Assembly (NCBI RefSeq): GCF_006345805.1
Contig: NW_021825942.1
Location: forward strand, 1 to 13,958
Reading direction: 5' to 3'
Origin: Octopus sinensis
Lineage: Eukaryota
DNA: 13,958 nt
Below are positions 9,385 through 13,958 of this stretch, one piece after another; the first letter of the stretch is position 1; each line of letters opens with the position of its first letter. Below the pieces are notes generated by a model. It did no database searches and was not told where the DNA came from. It saw nothing but the letters and a program-made list of their open reading frames with translations. The translations under genes and the position numbers were made by a program.

Positions 9385-10179
9385 AAAATCGATAGCATCA
9401 CAGCAACAACAACAATTATAAAGTATCTGGGTGATAATAAATACCTTCAACAGTAACAATCCAAAAAGAAACAATAAATACCTAACAACAAATCAAGACT
9501 AAAATCTTAAACAACAACAACAACGTAACGATAACAGTAACAATAGGAACAACAACAATAACAGCAACAATCTATAATGAAATGTAAACTTTAATTAAGA
9601 CGTGACCAAAATGGTGGAACTATGCCAAGATGAAGATATATTATCGATGTGGTGGAGAAGATTGTGTGGGGTTGTAGTGACAGGATGATGTTTGATTGTT
9701 GCTCTTATATTTGATGCCTTTCCTTCACAAAATCGGAATAACTGCGGCCCGTTTGAGAAGCGAAACCCCGCGAGGTGACGGTGGCTGCTTCAGCGAGAGC
9801 CGCTGGCCATTCTCCGCGGCAACGCCTTAGGAGACATGGTAAAACACGCCATTTGTACTGAGGGGTAGCACCTGTTACTCCCACCAAATCTTCTGTCGCT
9901 TCATTCTCTCCCCGTATCCCCCCCTTTTCTTTGTTTCCTTGGTAAGGTGGTATTCGGGGTTTTATTCTCTCTCGATAATTTGATTTATTTATTGCTCTTT
10001 TACTTTCGTTTTTCTCAGTAGAAATATGTTAATAAAAGGTCTTTCAATTAGAAGAAAAGAATATGTGTCCCAATTTATTCTTGAAGGTGATGCTCCAACA
10101 TGGGCACACATTCCTTGCCCTGCCCTGGCTGTCTGTTAATGTTGATGGTGATAATGGCAGTCTTGTTGACGTGCCGTGC

Positions 10180-10230
<51 letters not shown>

Positions 10231-10383
10231 AAATAAGAAAATGGAGAAATATATCTAAATCAATCATCAACTATCAGATAATACCCAATCAATACTTTAT
10301 TAAACCACTACACAATAGCAATGGTATTATACATTAATATAGTACAAATATAACAAGACATAGAAATAGAAATAGAAATGCAT

Positions 10384-10515
10384 TTACATTGTAGCTGACA
10401 GCTGTTTCGGCCGTGAAGACAGGTATGTCTCATTTAACCTGTTAGCCATATAAAGCAGGTATAAATGAGACATTAACAAGAATATCTCACGGCCTCTTCA
10501 GAGATTTTAATGCAA
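10384..10515 (-). ncRNA. Type I hammerhead ribozyme with extended stem II, within a (TA)n-flanked unit (~10229-10585)
   Basis: UUGCAUU AAAAU CU-CUGAAGA-GGCCGUGA[70 nt]UCACGGCC-GAAAC AGCU GUC/AG CUAC AAUGUAA. Inner helix 10425-10441/10456-10473; AATAAA downstream (10296-10301, minus). Confidence 0.85.
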
Positions 10516-10652
10516 GTATGCGTACAAATCCTAAAAAATTTACATGTAAATATAAATATGTGTGCATACACACTCATATTCTTACATATATATATATACA
10601 CAATAATACAATATAAACAGTATAAACAATGTATATATATATGTGGGATGAT

Positions 10653-10832
10653 ATACTCTTTTATTTGTGTCAGCCATTTGACTGCGGCCATGCTGAAGCA
10701 CCTCTTTAGTCGAACAAATACCGATTTATGCAAACATAAAACATACACACACACACACACATATATTTATTTATTTATCTAGGCGTGGATGTGTGCTAAG
10801 AAACTTACTTCTCAACCTCATGGATCCGGATT

Positions 10833-10835
<3 letters not shown>
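10653..10835. mobile_element. SINE family A fragments (tail 10653-~10720 minus; head 10781-10835 plus)
   Basis: CATTTGACTGCGGCCATGCTGAAGCACC matches the A tail; AGGCGTGGATGTGTGCTAAGAAACTT matches the A head. Confidence 0.7.
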
Positions 10836-10863
<28 letters not shown>

Positions 10864-10867
<4 letters not shown>

Positions 10868-11170
10868 CGTGATCACCGTGACCGACCAGGCTATCAGATG
10901 TTGCTACACATCGCTGGTCACAATGTACTTCGCATTGTTTTAGCCTTCAAATGACGCCAGCCCACTGGCTAAGTGAGCAGGCCAAAAGAAGAAAGAGTGG
11001 GAGAAAATTGTGGCGAAAGAATACAGCAGGGATCGCCACTAACCACTGCTGGAGCCTCGTGGAGCTTTAGGTGTTTTCGCTCAATAAACACTCACAACGC
11101 CCCGTCTGGGAAACGAAACCGCGATCCTACGACCGCGAGTCCACTGCCCTAATCACTGGGCCATTGCGCA
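10864..11170 (-). mobile_element. tRNA-derived SINE family C, tail type 2
   Basis: Head GCGCAATGGCCCAGTGATTAGGGCAG; ends in (TCACGGTGA)2 next to (TA)n. Confidence 0.85.
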
Positions 11171-12102
11171 AAGATCCCAGTAGGGGACGAAATAACCGAC
11201 TTATACCCAACCCCGAAATTGCAAGCCTTATATCAAAATTTGAAAGCAAGATTCGTTTCATTTACAGGCGAAAATAGTCAGTATACCAGAAAAGCCTTAG
11301 GATTTTTAGTTCTGTAAGATCGGCGCTCTACCTGCATAAGATACTTGTTTTCGGTCTAAAATACTTATCTGGCCCCTGCTTGTTTTGCGTTTGGCAGAAC
11401 TTTTGATGGGAACATTCCACCAATATTATTTATTTGATTTTATTCTATGTTAGAAATATGTTTTCTATTTATCCACGAGCAGTTCTTTATACGGAAAATA
11501 TTGTATATTGTTTTAACAATAACATCATGCTTCGTAGAAAGGAAATATTTTAATAACCTTTTTTCGACAGCTGTTTATTACATATGTAATAACTTCCGCC
11601 GATGTTTGACACAAAGTCCGCATTTTCTACAGCTTCCTGCTCGTTAAATACTTCACAGTCGTTTTTGTTCCACGAATATGTTCAAACTATCTCCTGTTCT
11701 TGAATTGCAAAAGCTTAACTTTCAAATTGTGTTATGATGTAATCGTCACATGTCCAACAAAAACTACACTTCCTGTCGACATTTCCGGAAAACATACATA
11801 TGCAAAAACCTTGTTGTTAACGTACGTTGCAACGTTTCTCCACCAGATTTTTTTTTTTTTTTTCTTTTAAAGCATATACATCGAGCAGTAACGAGGTCTC
11901 ATGCAACAGTTACCCCACGCTGCTTCCTGAAAACCTTCCTCTTGCCTTGCATAATTCTGGTTTCCTCTCCTACGAGCGCTTTGTCGGTGTATTTGCCGAT
12001 GCTGCAGTCGTGTAGCAGGCTAGACTTCGTTTCAGTAACATCATACAACACTCAAAGCCTGTCTGGCTTGGCTTGGCTTTAAACAATATTCTCAGATATT
12101 TT

Positions 12103-12335
12103 CTCTTTACTTGTTTTAATCATTGGATTGCGGCCATGCACGGTACCTCCATGAAATGTTTTAGTCAACAAATCAACCCTAGTGCTTAGGCATTTTTTTT
12201 AAAGCGTCTTGCTTATTTTTTCCGTGTCCTTTGCCGAACCGCTAAGACATGAGGACGCAAATAAACCAACACCGGTTGTCAAATGGTGACGGCGGAGAAT
12301 AAACACTGACAAAAAGACACACACACAGACTAATA
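12103..12335 (-). mobile_element. SINE family A, diverged 3' part
   Basis: TTTACTTGTTTTAATCATTGGATTGCGGCCATGC...TTTGCCGAACCGCTAAG...CCGGTTGTCAA. Confidence 0.8.
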
Positions 12336-12525
12336 TACTTAAACACGCGCATGCGCACATACATGCACACAACATACACACAAATATATATACATATATG
12401 CATACATTTGTGTGTGTGTGTGTGTGTGTGTATAACTTCGTTTACTCATTTAGTTAGATTGTATCCATGCTGGACACCGTTTTGGATGTTTACCTATTCA
12501 TCTAAACACACACACTCACACATAG

Positions 12526-12558
<33 letters not shown>

Positions 12559-12598
12559 ACACACACGCTCACACACATGTATATATGGGCAGGTGTAG

Positions 12599-12967
12599 CT
12601 CTCTTTACTCTTTTACTTGTTTCAGTCATGTGACTGCGACCATGCTGGAGCACCGCCTTTAGTCGGGCAACTCGACCCCAGGACTTATTCATTGTAAGCC
12701 TAGTACTTATTCTATTGGGCTCCTTTTAAACACACCAGCATCGGTTGTCAAGCAATGCTAGGGGGACAAAAACACACACACATATATATATATATACATA
12801 TACACGACGGGCTTCTTTCAATTTCCGTCTACTAAATCCACTCACAAGGCTTTGGTCAGCCTGAGGCTATAGTAGACGACACTTGCCCAAGGTGCCATGC
12901 AGTGGAACTGAACTCGGAACCATGTGGCTCGTAAGCAAGCAACTTACCACACAGCCACTCCTACGCC
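12599..12967 (-). mobile_element. tRNA-derived SINE family A, both ends present
   Basis: A box TGGCTGTGTGG, B box GAGTTCAGTTCC, CORE-like ACCTTGGGCAAGT, tail of AAAAGAGT-like repeats. Confidence 0.9.
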
Positions 12968-12989
12968 TAAAAGAAATTATTTGAGGTTC

Positions 12990-13622
12990 CAGCGAGCTGT
13001 GTACTAAGAATTATTTTCCCGCAGTTCCATGGCGTAGCACTTTGGACAAATGTCTTCTACTATAGATACAGGCTGACCAAATCCTTGGATGGGAAAGAAA
13101 GAAGGTAAAGAGATCAAGTCACCTTCTTGTGTCATACCGACTCATAAGGGCCGGTTTCCGACTTTTATGGCGTATATATTTCCCCACCTGGATAGGACGT
13201 CGGTCCCGTCACAGGATTACTCACTTTTGCCAGCTGAGTGGACTTGAGTAACGTGAAACGAAGTGGCTTGCTCAAGAACACAATGCAACGCCCGGTCCAG
13301 GAACCGAAACCACAGTCTTGCGATCATGAGTCCAAAATCTTGACCGCTAAGCCACGAGCCTCTACAATCTTTGTGACTGGATTTGACAGACGGAAACTGA
13401 AAGACGCCTGTCGTATATATATGTGAGTGTGCGTATGTATGTGTGTATGTGTGTGTGTGTGTGTCTTTGTGTTTGTACACCACCACTGCTTGACAGCCGG
13501 TGTTGGTGTGTTTACGTCCACATAACAGACCGATAAAATAACTACCACGCTTAAAAAAAATAAGTATTGGGGCGATTCGTTCGACTAAAATTCTTCAAGA
13601 CGGTGCCCCAGCATAGCCGTAT
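12990..13622 (+). mobile_element. Diverged SINE family A split by SINE D (pieces ~12990-13088 and ~13365-13622)
   Basis: ...GTCTTCTACTATAG...GACCAAATCCTTG resumes as CTTTGTGACTGGATTTGACAGACGGAAACTGAAAG. Confidence 0.75.
13093..13362 (-). mobile_element. tRNA-derived SINE family D
   Basis: Head GAGGCTCGTGGCTTAGCGGTCAAG...GGTTTCGGTTCC is related to the family C head; the body is different and the tail is pyrimidine-rich. Confidence 0.8.
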
Positions 13623-13659
13623 TGTATATATATTCATCCACGTATAATACAAAGCAGAA

Positions 13660-13958
13660 ATAGTCTTTTCTACCCTAGGCACAAGGCCGGAAATTTTGGG
13701 GGAGTTGACCAGTCGATCAGATCTACTCCAGTATGCAACTGGTACTTAATTTATCGACCCCAAAAGGACAAAGACAAAGTCGACCTCGGCGGGATTTAAA
13801 CTCAGAACATAACGGCAGACGAAATACCTATTTCTTTATTGCCCACAAGGGGCTAGACACAGAGAGGACAAACAAAGACAGACAAACGGCTTAAGTCGAG
13901 TATATCGACCCCAGTGCGTAACTGGTACTTAATTTATCGACCCCGAAAGGATGAAAGG
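13660..13958 (-). mobile_element. SINE family B, multimeric, runs off the window end
   Basis: Same unit junction AAAGAAATA|GGTATTTCGTCTG at 13829/13828 as at 3999/4000. Confidence 0.9.

Noticed and set aside
9705-9887. 60-aa ORF, or a SECIS element in the hairpin
   Set aside because: No recognisable protein; the hairpin lacks the 3' GA of the SECIS quartet and the apical AA.
1-13958. CRISPR array or prokaryotic system
   Set aside because: No constant-repeat/unique-spacer array and no operon-like coding density; the sequence is eukaryotic repeat DNA.

Overview
Repeat-saturated non-coding animal DNA, intronic or intergenic. The SINE families and microsatellite load point to an octopus (coleoid cephalopod); this is my recognition, not a database result. 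I can support no intact host exon, and nearly all supplied ORFs are microsatellite or SINE artefacts. The window holds about 15 tRNA-derived SINE copies or fragments in four families (my labels A-D), several nested. It has three decayed transposon coding fragments: an RTE-type LINE 3' end with three C2H2 fingers, a Penelope-like GIY-YIG C-terminus and a mariner N-terminus. The main signal is a cluster of unrelated minimal type I hammerhead ribozyme (HHR) motifs. One lies inside a 365-bp tRNA-headed element with an inverted terminal copy and a TSD, a candidate Pol III SINE/retrozyme mobilised by Penelope-like elements (PLEs). Another has a canonical core and an 86-nt stem II domain.
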